This document shows positions 40,475 through 41,016 of a stretch of 41,016 nucleotides of DNA, one piece after another; within the stretch, counting starts at the first letter, position 1; every line of letters begins with the position of its first letter. Below the pieces are notes generated by a model that worked only from the letters and a program-made list of their open reading frames with translations, did no database searches and was not told the origin of the DNA. Source of the DNA: Stramenopiles sp. TOSAG23-3 (Eukaryota); assembly GCA_900128585.1 (NCBI GenBank), contig LT642179.1:1-41016 (forward strand), read 5' to 3'. A program made the position numbers and the translations under genes.

Positions 40475-41016
40475 TTCGTACGGACTGTGTTGGGATATTC
40501 TTGGCGTGATCAAGGCGATCCCTCCAGCCGTAAACACCACAGTCATCAAACGTAAAAGACAAATGAAGAATATCCGCGGTAGGCGGAGCGCTGGAAGAGA
40601 TTAAATTTCGCTCGCGTTGCGCAGCATATCTCATAAATCCAAAATTACGGTCCATGTTCCTTGCATCATCTAGCTTGCTAACAAAAAAGTTGAATCTGAA
40701 TGGCAAGTTCATTTTTGTTGGTATGGAGTTCTTTATGGCGAGCCTCCGCAAGACGTCCTGTAATTCGTCAGTTTCGACACTTTCATTTCTTTCCCCCAAT
40801 CGATGTTTTATAACTTCACAGATCTTAATTGCACGAACTGAATGTATCTCGACCGCAGCATGAGAACAACTTTTGACAAAGTACCGAGTGGCCATCTTGA
40901 TGTTTCCCGCTTTAGCCAAAGCATTTCCATAGGCGGAAAACACGCGCCACCAATTCATTGGCGAATGGGCACTGTCGAGGTTCTCAAGTTCATTAAAATA
41001 ATACAATGCTTTGTCC
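40416..41016 (-). CDS. Hypothetical protein, likely 5'-truncated by the window edge; TPR-like helix pair
   Basis: Open frame of at least 196 aa; VFSAYGNALAKAGNIKMATRYFVKS fits a TPR pattern. Confidence 0.55.
   Translation of the reverse strand, partial: DKALYYFNELENLDSAHSPMNWWRVFSAYGNALAKAGNIKMATRYFVKSCSHAAVEIHSVRAIKICEVIKHRLGERNESVETDELQDVLRRLAIKNSIPTKMNLPFRFNFFVSKLDDARNMDRNFGFMRYAAQRERNLISSSAPPTADILHLSFTFDDCGVYGWRDRLDHAKNIPTQSVRIRWEDECPAVGSTERCTES

Overview
Eukaryotic nuclear DNA from a compact, almost intron-free genome. GC-richer coding blocks alternate with very AT-rich, microsatellite-laden spacers, and there is one N gap. Gene content suggests a flagellated protist, tentatively a stramenopile (inference only). 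About 18 coding regions are present: NPRL3 (GATOR1), a long coiled-coil protein, a YVH1/DUSP12-like phosphatase, Elongin C, a GW/WG-repeat protein, a RING-H2 protein, an LRR+EF-hand protein, a frameshifted PDZ protein, an atypical importin-alpha, TFIIF-alpha (RAP74), a beta-propeller lactonase (the only clear spliceosomal intron), a LisH-Cys4-FKBP protein, ankyrin proteins and several hypotheticals. The most striking item is a 1224-aa, apparently mitochondrion-targeted protein in which a ribosomal bS18 domain is fused to a vigilin-like array of about 13 KH repeats. Also notable are a ubiquitin-like domain apparently inserted in RAP74, a candidate Argonaute-hook protein, a DUSP12-like zinc domain lacking half of its ligands, recurrent intergenic motifs, a dispersed repeat and a foldback-like element. 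No rRNA, tRNA or CRISPR array was recognised. All family calls are by-eye motif recognition; no searches were run.
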